Below, in pieces: positions 52,561 through 61,513 of a DNA stretch of 64,000 nt (the first letter of the stretch is position 1; each line of letters opens with the position of its first letter). Both the position numbers and the translations under genes were made by a program. The DNA is from a virus. The stretch spans positions 32,001 to 96,000 of the IMG/VR virus record IMGVR_UViG_3300037149_000105, one strand, 5' to 3'. Below the pieces are notes generated by a model. It was not told the origin of the DNA. It searched no databases and worked only from the letters and a program-made list of their open reading frames with translations.

Positions 52561-52905
52561 ATGCTTAGTGATGCTATTGATGATCATCAGAATATTCGAG
52601 ACAGATTGGTCAAGTTCATAAGTAAAGAGCCCTTCAATGCTATGGACTTGTTCTCCGTTCGAAGAGACTATAACTGTGATCTGGGCTCCTGGCTTTGGAA
52701 GCATCGAAATGCGGAAATAGCCGACAAAAAAGAGTATCAGGAACTCGTGGGGATTCATCATAATTTTCATGAGATTGCTTATAAAGCTCTAATGCTGGGA
52801 TCTGATAATAAACCAGAAGAGGCTTTCGCGGTTTTGGTTGGCCCCTACGCAGTAATAGAGAAGCAACTGATCGAAGCTATCGTCAACCTTGGAGATGTCG
52901 AATGA
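52561..52905 (+). CDS. Stand-alone CZB (chemoreceptor zinc-binding) domain protein
   Basis: AIDDH, CDLGSWL, HHNFH: 3 His + 1 Cys pattern. Confidence 0.8.
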   Translation: MLSDAIDDHQNIRDRLVKFISKEPFNAMDLFSVRRDYNCDLGSWLWKHRNAEIADKKEYQELVGIHHNFHEIAYKALMLGSDNKPEEAFAVLVGPYAVIEKQLIEAIVNLGDVE

Positions 52906-53486
52906 AGAAACAAATGCATTATTCCCTTGGCCTCTACCCTCTGCGGAGTAGTGGCTATCGGGCTTTCGTCGGCTTCCGCCCCGTGTGGAGGTTCTGGGGC
53001 CATTGGATCAACCCACAGACCTATTGGAGAGCCGTCAAATACTTCTGTCAGCGTGGCTACAGGGGATACGCAGATTGCGATCACTGGGACATGGATAGCT
53101 ACCTCGAAAACGTGATGTTGGGTCTGTTCCGCGATCTCAAGAAGCATACGCAAGGCTACCCAAGCGGTATGGGTGATCGGATCATTGACACGGAAGGAAC
53201 TGATACTGGTTTCGAAAAATGGCAGGCTACCCTCACCGAGATCATTGAAGGTCTGGAAGCTTCCCAGGAACTCAAAGATGAGTTTACGGTTCCGGAGGGA
53301 ACCTATAGCAAGGAGCCTATCTATTGGGAGCCGGTCGAGGGCCATGAGGATTGCTTTCGAATGAAGGAAACTGAGACTCCTCGTTTCAATAAGGAGCTTC
53401 ACGATCAATGGTCTGCTCCGTTGAAAAGGAAGTGCCTGAGAGCTAAGACTTTAATGGCTCGTTATTGGGGTTGCTTCTGGGACTAA
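52902..53486 (+). CDS. Conserved phage hypothetical protein
   Basis: QRGYRGY.D.D.W motif; ends FWD. Confidence 0.7.
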   Translation: MKKQMHYSLGLYPLRSSGYRAFVGFRPVWRFWGHWINPQTYWRAVKYFCQRGYRGYADCDHWDMDSYLENVMLGLFRDLKKHTQGYPSGMGDRIIDTEGTDTGFEKWQATLTEIIEGLEASQELKDEFTVPEGTYSKEPIYWEPVEGHEDCFRMKETETPRFNKELHDQWSAPLKRKCLRAKTLMARYWGCFWD

Positions 53487-53491
53487 AAACA

Positions 53492-53576
53492 CCCCGAATG
53501 GCGGAAGTGGCGAGACGCGCGAGACTTAAAATCTCGCATCCGTAAGGGTATGAGGGTTCGAATCCCTCTTCGGGGA
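53492..53576 (+). tRNA. tRNA-Leu(UAA)
   Basis: CGAGA-CTTAAAA-TCTCG; long variable arm; no encoded CCA. Confidence 0.9.
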
Positions 53577-54200
53577 CAGGTGATGCCTAATAGCATTATC
53601 AGACACTCCTAATTCTCTGGCTAACACAGAAAAGTTGGAAGTAGCAAGACGCGCAAGTAGTTCTTCATGCGAAGGCCACTCTATTTTTGTCGGTTGTGGT
53701 TTTATAGACTTCTTTTCTTTAGGAGGGGAGGGTGACTTTGAGATATTTTTACCTCGATAGGTATCAGTTTGTGCATGGCAATTAGGGCAAATTACTCTAA
53801 GATTACTTAGGGTATTATCCATATGATTACCATTGATATGGTCCAATTCTAGGGGGATCGAGAGCTTGTTCCATTTAACTAACCCACATATACCACATTG
53901 TTTTATGAATACCCCCTCTGAAAAGAGCTTTTGTTTCAGTTTTGCTGATTGAATAGGGAAGCGGTTGTTTAAATAATCATCCAGGTCTCGTCTTGGCGGG
54001 AGTTTCACCCCTTTGCTCCAGCTTTTCCCCACAAAGTGCTTAGTGCTAACTGGCCATTTTTTGAGCGTTTGATAAAATTGCCGGTAGTTTCCTCCCTCAG
54101 CAACAATGTTGAGTTTGGTTAACACCTCCCGCACACAAGTGGAGCCTAACACTGCTTCTTTGAAAATTTCCTCAGTATAAGTTCGTTCAATCCGTTTCAT
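53526..54200 (-). CDS. HNH homing endonuclease, paralog of 51614-52291
   Basis: LELDHING..DNTLSNLRVICPNCHAQT; ORF ends antisense inside tRNA-Leu. Confidence 0.88.
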   Translation of the reverse strand: MKRIERTYTEEIFKEAVLGSTCVREVLTKLNIVAEGGNYRQFYQTLKKWPVSTKHFVGKSWSKGVKLPPRRDLDDYLNNRFPIQSAKLKQKLFSEGVFIKQCGICGLVKWNKLSIPLELDHINGNHMDNTLSNLRVICPNCHAQTDTYRGKNISKSPSPPKEKKSIKPQPTKIEWPSHEELLARLATSNFSVLARELGVSDNAIRHHLSPKRDSNPHTLTDARF

Positions 54201-54240
54201 TGGCAGCCTCTAAAGAAGGGCTGCATATTCCATTTCCTCC

Positions 54241-54328
54241 GGAAGATCGGTGTAGTTGGAGGGGCACACTAGTCTTGAAAACTAGGGTCCGAAAGGGCCA
54301 GCGGGTTCGAATCCCACATCTTCCGCCA
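54241..54328 (+). tRNA. tRNA-Ser(UGA)
   Basis: CTAGT-CTTGAAA-ACTAG; long variable arm; GCCA. Confidence 0.9.
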
Positions 54329-54329
54329 T

Positions 54330-54403
54330 GCCAATGTAGTTCAGTGGTAGAACCCGAGCCTTGTAAACTCGCCACGACAGTTCGATTCTGTCCCTTGGCT
54401 CCA
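54330..54403 (+). tRNA. tRNA-Thr(UGU)
   Basis: CGAG.-CTTGTAA-.CTCG; CCA. Confidence 0.85.
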
Positions 54404-54466
54404 ACACCCCCTTTCTCTGCTTTACCCTTACCTGATAGCAGAGCAGGTTCGCCTTAAGGAGGCAAT

Positions 54467-55378
54467 GTGATTATGCACAACAACAACACCGTAGTATCCC
54501 TTTACGCCCTGAATGGTAGCCGAAAGACCCCGCTCAGAGAATACGATCACAAGCGTGGGGTTCTTGAATCTGAAGTTAGGGTTCCATTGAAATTTGATTC
54601 TGAGTATGGAATCGGTTTCAAGTTTCAGGACATCGGTCGTCGTCGCCTTGAACTCTGGATTGACGGAGCGATGGTGACGGACAATCTCATTCTCGATGGA
54701 GAGAGCTTCCTGGAGCGATTCATGGATTCTGACAAGAGATTCCGTTTCGTTGAAGCAAGCAATGCTGCCGTGGCTGATCCGACCAGTCCCTCCAATGGGG
54801 GAGTCATGGTGAAGCTATGGCGTGAACAGCCTGATCTCCAGATGTTCAAACTGGCCCCGGATTACGGCAAGCAGTGGCCGCAGCCCCCAGTAGCCCCTTG
54901 GCAGCCCTGGACTCCTCCAGTAGTGTGGGGCCGCTCTGATTGCCCAGGAGATCCTTCGCGGTCCTTGGATGTCATGTGTGGGGGCGCTACGTCATCTTCC
55001 TCACCCTCCGGTCCTCAAGGTCCGGTTGGTCAGCAAGGAGCCGTTGGAGTGCGAGGAATTGGGTATGGTGACAACATCGGAGAGTGTAATCTCTTCTGTT
55101 CATCCGCTCAGTCTCCCAGCCTCGCTGATGGATTCTGTTCGACGGAGATGTCCAACCTATCCCTCTTCGATAAGCTGAAGGGAGCGACAGTTGAAGGATC
55201 CACCTCCAAGCAGACCTTCAATGATACGGTTTGGCTGGGTGACTTTGGTAGCCCCTTGGTTTTCAAGTTCCAGCTTCACGGAATCGAAGAAGCCACACCG
55301 GGCAATTTCTGCCCAGGTTGTGGGATTAAACGCAAGAATCCCACTAACTTCTGCCCCAATTGTGGAGCAAAGCAATAG
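54467..55378 (+). CDS. Hypothetical protein with C-terminal double Zn ribbon
   Basis: 303 aa; FCPGCG...FCPNCG; AAGGAGG RBS. Confidence 0.75.
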   Translation: MIMHNNNTVVSLYALNGSRKTPLREYDHKRGVLESEVRVPLKFDSEYGIGFKFQDIGRRRLELWIDGAMVTDNLILDGESFLERFMDSDKRFRFVEASNAAVADPTSPSNGGVMVKLWREQPDLQMFKLAPDYGKQWPQPPVAPWQPWTPPVVWGRSDCPGDPSRSLDVMCGGATSSSSPSGPQGPVGQQGAVGVRGIGYGDNIGECNLFCSSAQSPSLADGFCSTEMSNLSLFDKLKGATVEGSTSKQTFNDTVWLGDFGSPLVFKFQLHGIEEATPGNFCPGCGIKRKNPTNFCPNCGAKQ

Positions 55379-55462
55379 TGGACCGAACCTTCAAAGTTAC
55401 CCCACCCTATGGTGGGTATCCCTACTGCTTCCATGGTTCAGCATAGGGCACTCTTTGAAGTA

Positions 55463-55532
55463 GCATGGGGACTATAATCCCGGTGGTAAAGCCTCCACAA
55501 GGGGCCTGGACGGTTCGACTCCGCCCCATGCG
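55463..55532 (+). pseudogene. Degenerate tRNA-like element
   Basis: GCATGGG/CCCATGC stem and GGTTCGACTCC T arm; non-canonical D and anticodon arms. Confidence 0.45.
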
Positions 55533-55538
55533 ATTAAT

Positions 55539-55628
55539 GGAAGTGTAAGCAAAGCAGGCAAGCTAGACTGTCTCGAAAACAGTTGGCCGATTTTCGGCCT
55601 AGGCGTTCGACCCGCCTCACTTCCGCCA
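55539..55628 (+). tRNA. tRNA-Ser(CGA)
   Basis: ACTGT-CTCGAAA-ACAGT; long variable arm; GCCA. Confidence 0.9.
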
Positions 55629-55669
55629 TCATATTTGTGTGAGTCTTTAAAATAGACTAATGTCAAACT

Positions 55670-55745
55670 TGGACTGTAACTTCAGAGGCAGAAGGCTGCT
55701 TTTACACGGCAGAGGTCGAGATTTCGAAATTCTCCAGTCCAACCA
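55670..55745 (+). tRNA. tRNA-Val(UAC)
   Basis: CTGCT-TTTACAC-GGCAG; CCA. Confidence 0.88.
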
Positions 55746-55814
55746 ATCCTCATCTTTCCGAACTACCGAGTATTATCATTGTAGGACAGTGTGAGTCTGA
55801 AACCCAGACTGACG

Positions 55815-55835
55815 ACACACACACACACACACACA
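55815..55835 (+). repeat. (AC)10 microsatellite
   Basis: Directly visible. Confidence 0.9.
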
Positions 55836-56444
55836 GGAAGCAGTTCATTGAAAATGGTCTCAGCAGTCCGACACACGCTTAGGCCACCAAGGGGAGAACG
55901 AGATTAGCTCATGGAGAGCATCGGTTCTTTAGGCGTAGGGGATACCCTCACCACCGTGTGAAACGTTCGATTCGACTTCTCAGACTCCCCGATTATATGC
56001 CACAGTAGTAAGTGTGGGCCTACAAAATAGGCTAATGACACGGTTAAGAGGTCTGAGTCGGTCACTGCCTTAGCCGGGGAACCGGATCCAGGTTCCCCGG
56101 ATTTATACAAATCGTTGAAGCCCCTCAAGGTCCTTGGGGCTCCGATATGGCGGCAACCAGATGAATGGTTGACAAAAGCAAGAGGCCGCTCTTCAAGGCA
56201 GAGCGAGTTCAGTTACGGCAACAACGGAGTCGATTCTCCATAGCGGGCTACCGCAAATCGCTTTGAAAGACTGAGCCCCCCGGCTCTCCGAAGACAGGAA
56301 TCGTGAAACGGAGAGTGGAAGAAGTCCGAACCACTGGGGAGGAAAAGTTGCCGATGTGGGTAAGGTACGAAAGTATTGAATCCCACCCACCATGCACACG
56401 CCCCTGAACCAAACCTTCAGGGGCGTTCCATTTCAGGAGAGAAA

Positions 56445-57167
56445 ATGTTTGAGCCAAAAAAACTGAGTCCAGCGGAATTGTGCTTATGCCAGAACACCAT
56501 CAGCCCCAATACATTCTACATGTTGGTTGGGGATGCGCTGGTATCTGGTAAACCCCTCTCGGTAGTTCGAATGGGGGATGGGGAACGAGCCCTCTATGAC
56601 TACTGTCTGGGGAAACAGCTACCCAATATCATGGATGCGGATTGGATGCAACGACTCGGAGCCGATGGTATCGCAACGGATGAACTCCGGTATCGCCTGA
56701 TTCGTGCCGCCACCCACTGCACCCACTTCGCTCCTTCCATTTCAGGAATTCAATTGGACAGTTTCGAACTCTACTCCCTATTCCCAGCCCGAGCCCGTTA
56801 CGTTGATAACTTTTTTGTCAACGCCTGGACGGAGGAGATGAAGATTCAACTTTTCAAAACTGCTGGCCATGTTCTCTTTATCCATCGGAACACTTCCACC
56901 GCAGATGCGATGCAGATCAGAGCCAAATGGGGTCTAGGAGTCAAGGTGACCTATCTGAAGCTAGCTAGTTGGCGGGATTCGGAGTCAGTGATTGAGAAGG
57001 CCAAGAGCATAGATGCTCCGCTAGTGCTGTTCAGTGCTGGTCCCGCTAGCAAATACATCGGTCCTGAAATTTCAACGAGTGGTTTGATTCCTCGTGTCAC
57101 TTTGGATATCGGCAATGTGGCAGACTATTGGACCCTCACGAGTCTGAAAGATGTTCAAAGAATTTAA
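56445..57167 (+). CDS. GT-D fold (DUF1792-like) glycosyltransferase
   Basis: SVVRMGDGE, SAGP..K, LDIGN; AGGAG RBS. Confidence 0.7.
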   Translation: MFEPKKLSPAELCLCQNTISPNTFYMLVGDALVSGKPLSVVRMGDGERALYDYCLGKQLPNIMDADWMQRLGADGIATDELRYRLIRAATHCTHFAPSISGIQLDSFELYSLFPARARYVDNFFVNAWTEEMKIQLFKTAGHVLFIHRNTSTADAMQIRAKWGLGVKVTYLKLASWRDSESVIEKAKSIDAPLVLFSAGPASKYIGPEISTSGLIPRVTLDIGNVADYWTLTSLKDVQRI

Positions 57168-57206
57168 AAAATTGTATACGGATTTGCCAAAACTATGGTA
57201 TAATAT

Positions 57207-57487
57207 AGGTGTAGGGCAGATCATTGACAAGAAGCTCCAACGACGAGAGAACACAGAGGTAAGCCTCGTCGCTGTAGGGTTTGCAATCTAGCTTGGGGCA
57301 TCGAAAGATGCGAACTTGATTCTTCGGAATCAACGGCACAACACAGGATGTGTTTCACCAAGCTTTATGTCGAGATTAGGGAAGCGCACCCAGAACGCTT
57401 CTTAACCAAAGTCCCGATACCACCCCAGTTGCATCCTCCACCTTCTAATGACTGCGACAAGAGCCCCGAAAGGGGCTCAAGTTTTTT
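57207..57487 (+). ncRNA. Stand-alone ~280 nt small RNA
   Basis: Own promoter (57175-57204), boxA-like ATCATTGACAA, terminator GAGCCCC-GAAA-GGGGCTC plus U-tract; no ORF. Confidence 0.55.
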
Positions 57488-58085
57488 AATTTTCCAGTAA
57501 ATCCGGATGAGTTTTTGTTAATCTGAGGTAGGCAGCGTGTTGTACAGGCCCTCCGTTAAACGCCGACACAACACTGGATGGGTTTCGCGCCTCTAAAATC
57601 ACACGCCAGCCATCCCAACTGGCTATTCGTTTACCCCCAGAATCCTCAACTTTGCTGCAATGAGACAGCACTAGGGGTATCATGCGAAGCATATCAACCC
57701 CGGAGGAGAGTGGGTTCTCCTCCCCTGGGAACGCCTCAGCGTAAAGTTGCCTCAGTCTATCCCTCTTAGTCACAGTGTGATGCAACCCCATTCGCTCATC
57801 CCCCTTAATGAAATCTATCCAATCAGGAATGCTACCTATGTAGGTGGCTCCAAGCACATCGAGTCCGGTCTCCAAGTACTTGCTCATCGCTTCTTGACCC
57901 ATTGTTAACCGATCACCCACATGAGTCTCTATTAGCTTCGGAGGGGTTCCAGGACCAGCCTTAATCTCTATTAATTTCCCATTTTTTATTCTTCGCCAAT
58001 GAGCCCGATGACCCATCAGGACCACATCCCTAGCGGATGCTTCTTTTAGCAATCTGGCTGCAAACTTGAATTTGAACCTGAACAT
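57486..58085 (-). CDS. Hypothetical protein
   Basis: 199 aa, GAGG RBS. Confidence 0.65.
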   Translation of the reverse strand: MFRFKFKFAARLLKEASARDVVLMGHRAHWRRIKNGKLIEIKAGPGTPPKLIETHVGDRLTMGQEAMSKYLETGLDVLGATYIGSIPDWIDFIKGDERMGLHHTVTKRDRLRQLYAEAFPGEENPLSSGVDMLRMIPLVLSHCSKVEDSGGKRIASWDGWRVILEARNPSSVVSAFNGGPVQHAAYLRLTKTHPDLLEN

Positions 58086-58195
58086 CGTCGCCTCAACAAA
58101 GAGTTGCAGATTCTGAAAATTTTTCTATACAAACCCCTTCGAAACAGGGTATACTAGTTAGGTAGGGGACGAAGAGCCCTTCAAAGGAGAAACAC

Positions 58196-58564
58196 ATGGA
58201 AGGCAAGCGTTTCAGCATCAACGGAATCAAGGTCACGGCAACCCATCTGGGTGGGGGCCTCTATGTCGGCATCCCCGACAACCTGGGTGAAGCCCTCAAG
58301 GCCCTCAAGACTCTCCTGAGTGGTGCACTGTTCGAGCCCCGTGACATCCAGCTTCTGCCCGATGAGCCCAAGGGCACCCCGCAGGGTCACTACACCGCCC
58401 CCAAGGCTCCCGCCGCCCCCAAGCCCGACTTCTCCAACGAGACGGTCCTGGAGCACTGCAAGCGCAAGGGCTACAGCCAGCGGGACTTCGCTGACCTGAT
58501 CGGCAAGCATCACAAGACCGTGTGGCGGTGGCAGCAGGAAGGCAAGAAGATGTCCGAGGTCTAA
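58196..58564 (+). CDS. HTH DNA-binding protein
   Basis: YSQRDFADLIGKHHKTVWRWQ; promoter 58126-58155. Confidence 0.8.
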   Translation: MEGKRFSINGIKVTATHLGGGLYVGIPDNLGEALKALKTLLSGALFEPRDIQLLPDEPKGTPQGHYTAPKAPAAPKPDFSNETVLEHCKRKGYSQRDFADLIGKHHKTVWRWQQEGKKMSEV

Positions 58565-58704
58565 CCGGCTGGAGTGCCGGGGAGCTTAGGAATGTCAGAG
58601 ACCCCCGATACGTAGATCCGGCAGAATGGGCTGAACGTAGTAGGTTGGCCCCTCCAGCGTCAACGCATAGCCCCGAAAGGGGCTTTGGTGGTAGAGGGGG
58701 CTAT

Positions 58705-58947
58705 ATGAAGTTCACCACTGGTGGTCACTATGGCATAGAGGCTAAGGATCTGGAAGACAATACGGTGAGTGTCGTGGCCGAGGATGGCCGAGTGATGTTT
58801 GCAGTCATCTTGGGTGAGGATGGCCACTCCATCGAAGTCCGGAGTTCCGCAACCTGCAAGGTTGGGGGAGTCCTTTATGATTCGCGCCTCTTGGTTCAGC
58901 CCGAAGCATCCAATTCCATTTTCATCAAGGCTCGTTCCTATGAGTAA
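58705..58947 (+). CDS. Hypothetical protein
   Basis: ATG after GAGGGG. Confidence 0.6.
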   Translation: MKFTTGGHYGIEAKDLEDNTVSVVAEDGRVMFAVILGEDGHSIEVRSSATCKVGGVLYDSRLLVQPEASNSIFIKARSYE

Positions 58948-59101
58948 ATGGAAATATTACAACTGCCCCCAATGCGGGGCCATCTTGGAGCGAAGATGCT
59001 GGGCTCCTCTGGGAGAGAAACGAGTTAGGTTTCTCTTCTGCCGTGAGTGCCGGGTCCGCTACACGACCAAGGACATGGTTCTTAATAAGGAGTTCAAATG
59101 A
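58940..59101 (+). CDS. Small Zn-ribbon protein
   Basis: CPQC...CREC. Confidence 0.55.
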   Translation: MSKWKYYNCPQCGAILERRCWAPLGEKRVRFLFCRECRVRYTTKDMVLNKEFK

Positions 59102-59325
59102 GCAAACTGTGCGTTTTTTGTGAACATATGGAGTTCGATCACGAGGATGCTCATGGCGGAGGCTGTGAAACCTGCGGCTATGGGGCAGATGAGGGCCGAA
59201 ACGATATGGTCTGTCAGAAGGGCCACTGGAAGACCGGAATTGAGTGGGGCCTGACCAGTTACCGTGAGAAAATCTGTGCCGCTGAAACCTGCACTGATTA
59301 CGAACAGGCCGAGGACGAAGATTAG
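59098..59325 (+). CDS. Small Cys-rich protein
   Basis: 75 aa, AAGGAG RBS. Confidence 0.65.
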   Translation: MSKLCVFCEHMEFDHEDAHGGGCETCGYGADEGRNDMVCQKGHWKTGIEWGLTSYREKICAAETCTDYEQAEDED

Positions 59326-59393
59326 CTATACAAACTCTCCGGTCTGAGGTATACTAATTGGGAAGGGGCCGAAACCCCACTGAGGAGAATCGC

Positions 59394-59663
59394 ATGGCTC
59401 TCGAACGTCAGGACATCCGTATCTCGAACCGGATATACCTTCTGCTCAACCCGGAGGATTCGGACACCCCGGCCCTGGTCCATACCAAGGACTGGAAGGC
59501 TTCGGCCACCTACACCTGTGTGATGGGTGAGGGAGTCCTCATGTCCAATCGAGATGAGGATGTGGAACTCACGCCCCAGGAACTGAAGACCCTTGACAAG
59601 TATGAGGATCTGGAATGCCAGTATAACGAGGAAGCTCGTAAGGACTGTCCTGAATACCAGTAG
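59394..59663 (+). CDS. Hypothetical early protein
   Basis: ATG after GAGGAG; promoter 59327-59355. Confidence 0.7.
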   Translation: MALERQDIRISNRIYLLLNPEDSDTPALVHTKDWKASATYTCVMGEGVLMSNRDEDVELTPQELKTLDKYEDLECQYNEEARKDCPEYQ

Positions 59664-59704
59664 CCCTCCATGAACGCAATTTCCATCCCACTGAGGAGAA
59701 TCGC

Positions 59705-60028
59705 ATGGCCAAGAAAATCACTCTCGCAACGCTTAAGTCCTTTGTCAGAAAGAACCTCCCCGTTATGTTCATCTGCAAAAGAGCTAGTTTTGACGGGATG
59801 ACGGACTGTGTGGAATACGACAGCAACGCGACTTTTCAACCGGCAAAAGAGGGCGCATCCTATCCTGAAAACACCTTAGGGATTGCGGGCGTCTGGCTGG
59901 TTGGAAGTTCACGTGACCGTATTAGTCGCTATGAAGCCCCAGGCTGGGAAGGATTCGAAGTCTATAATTGCTGTGGGACGTTTGTGGTGGCGGTGAAGGT
60001 AGCCATCCCCATGGAACCGAAACTGTAA
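59705..60028 (+). CDS. Hypothetical early protein
   Basis: 107 aa, same leader as the previous gene. Confidence 0.75.
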   Translation: MAKKITLATLKSFVRKNLPVMFICKRASFDGMTDCVEYDSNATFQPAKEGASYPENTLGIAGVWLVGSSRDRISRYEAPGWEGFEVYNCCGTFVVAVKVAIPMEPKL

Positions 60029-60067
60029 TTCCCGCCCCTCTGAAGAGGGGCATTCTTTGGAGCCATC

Positions 60068-60460
60068 ATGTCCATAGCTAGCCAGTATCTCGCGTTCGAA
60101 CTTTCAGGGGCTAGTCGTGTCTTTTTGTGGACGCAGTTCAAGCCGCACTTCAAGAAAGTGATGTGCCAGCACATTACCGTCCAGTTCAATCTGACCGAGG
60201 AGTCGGCTGTGCTGCTCCAGGAGCAACTGGCTAACGCTAACCTTCAGGTCGTAGGGTTCCAGATCGGAGACGGGGTGGAGTGTCTGGTGGTGGAGGTGAA
60301 CGGTTCGTCTCGTCGTCCCGATGGGGGCTGCTACCACATCACCCTCAGTCTGGCCGATGGGCATAAGCCGGTCGAGTCCAACCAGCTTATCAAACAGCAG
60401 GGGTTCCAGACTTGTGTCCCAGTCGGAATCGAGGCGGAGCTAAAACTCCTCAACAAATGA
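60068..60460 (+). CDS. 2H phosphoesterase
   Basis: HITV and HITL motifs. Confidence 0.75.
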   Translation: MSIASQYLAFELSGASRVFLWTQFKPHFKKVMCQHITVQFNLTEESAVLLQEQLANANLQVVGFQIGDGVECLVVEVNGSSRRPDGGCYHITLSLADGHKPVESNQLIKQQGFQTCVPVGIEAELKLLNK

Positions 60461-60487
60461 GGCCATCACACAGTAATATGTATTATA

Positions 60488-60811
60488 ATGCCCAATCACT
60501 ACGCCACTTCATGGATGCCCCGAGAGGACTTGGTTATCTCCCTATCCGATGAGACTGCGGCGGAGCGGACTCAAGAGGAACGAGACCAAATGTTCCTAGA
60601 GCTTCGTGAGGTGGTGAAACAGCATGGCTTTGACCTCAACGCCTGGGGCTCTGATGCTTCGTTTAGAAAATATTATCAGGCACCATTGAAGAAAGAATGT
60701 GAAGGTTTCTTTGACGTATGGGACTCATACTGGCTGGCCAATACGTTGGGTGGCCCAACCTTCGACCAATTGAGCGAGGCAGCGGAGCGGATTCGCAAAT
60801 TCATCATTTGA
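60488..60811 (+). CDS. Hypothetical protein
   Basis: 107 aa. Confidence 0.6.
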   Translation: MPNHYATSWMPREDLVISLSDETAAERTQEERDQMFLELREVVKQHGFDLNAWGSDASFRKYYQAPLKKECEGFFDVWDSYWLANTLGGPTFDQLSEAAERIRKFII

Positions 60812-60848
60812 CATCTTCCCTGAAATTTGATATGCTGTAAGGGAGGAT

Positions 60849-61259
60849 GTGATGATAAAACTCACTGGCAAGCTTCATTACGACCACACTCCCGAGTACG
60901 GATATCGGCTCGTGCTGGAAATCTGCCCCGGTATTCCCATGTTCTACCGGTGGCTCATCCCCAAGTGGTATCAAGTGAATGGACTGAGGGCCAAGGCTCA
61001 CATCACCGTGATCCGGAGGGAGAAGCCTGCTAACCTTAAGGCATGGGGTAAGTATGAAGGGGAGGTTGTGGAGTATGAGTATGATCCTGAGTCTCTTCAG
61101 ACTGATGGCAAGCTGTACTGGTGGTTAAACTGTTTCAGCCACCGGCTCGAAGCGGTTGCTGAGGAGTTGGGTATGCCCTTTGTCAACTACATCAAACCCG
61201 CCGAAGGTTACCGGAAGGTTTGGCACACCACTGTAGCAAACATGAAACAAACGAATTAA
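60849..61259 (+). CDS. 2H phosphoesterase
   Basis: AHITVI and WHTTV motifs; TTGACA-N17-TATGCT promoter. Confidence 0.75.
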   Translation: MMIKLTGKLHYDHTPEYGYRLVLEICPGIPMFYRWLIPKWYQVNGLRAKAHITVIRREKPANLKAWGKYEGEVVEYEYDPESLQTDGKLYWWLNCFSHRLEAVAEELGMPFVNYIKPAEGYRKVWHTTVANMKQTN

Positions 61260-61313
61260 TTTCTATATACAAATCTGACCGAAAGTGGGTATACTAGTCT
61301 AAAGGAGTCACAT

Positions 61314-61442
61314 ATGAACCGTCTCGTTCGTCTCGCCCTTCGCGCACAGCGGAATCTTCGCAATCCCCTGGTCTGGTATGTGGCCGGGATGGTTGACCTG
61401 ACCCTCATCCTGCTGGTCTGCAACCACTTCAAGTGGATCTGA
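61314..61442 (+). CDS. Small membrane peptide (42 aa)
   Basis: Own promoter 61266-61295, AAGGAG RBS, terminator hairpin near 61460-61484. Confidence 0.6.
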   Translation: MNRLVRLALRAQRNLRNPLVWYVAGMVDLTLILLVCNHFKWI

Positions 61443-61513
61443 TACACAGAAAAGAAATGAAACGCCTCCGAACGGGGGCGTTTCAAGTATTAGCTAGTAA
61501 AGGAGTAGTTCAA

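Noticed and set aside
56012-56043. Fluoride riboswitch (GCTAATGAC)
   Set aside because: Lacks the 5' GGnGAUG pseudoknot half and any crcB-like gene
56330-56440. 6S RNA (CCCCTGAACC..TTCAGGGG hairpin)
   Set aside because: Only one hairpin resembles 6S; no long closing stem could be traced by eye
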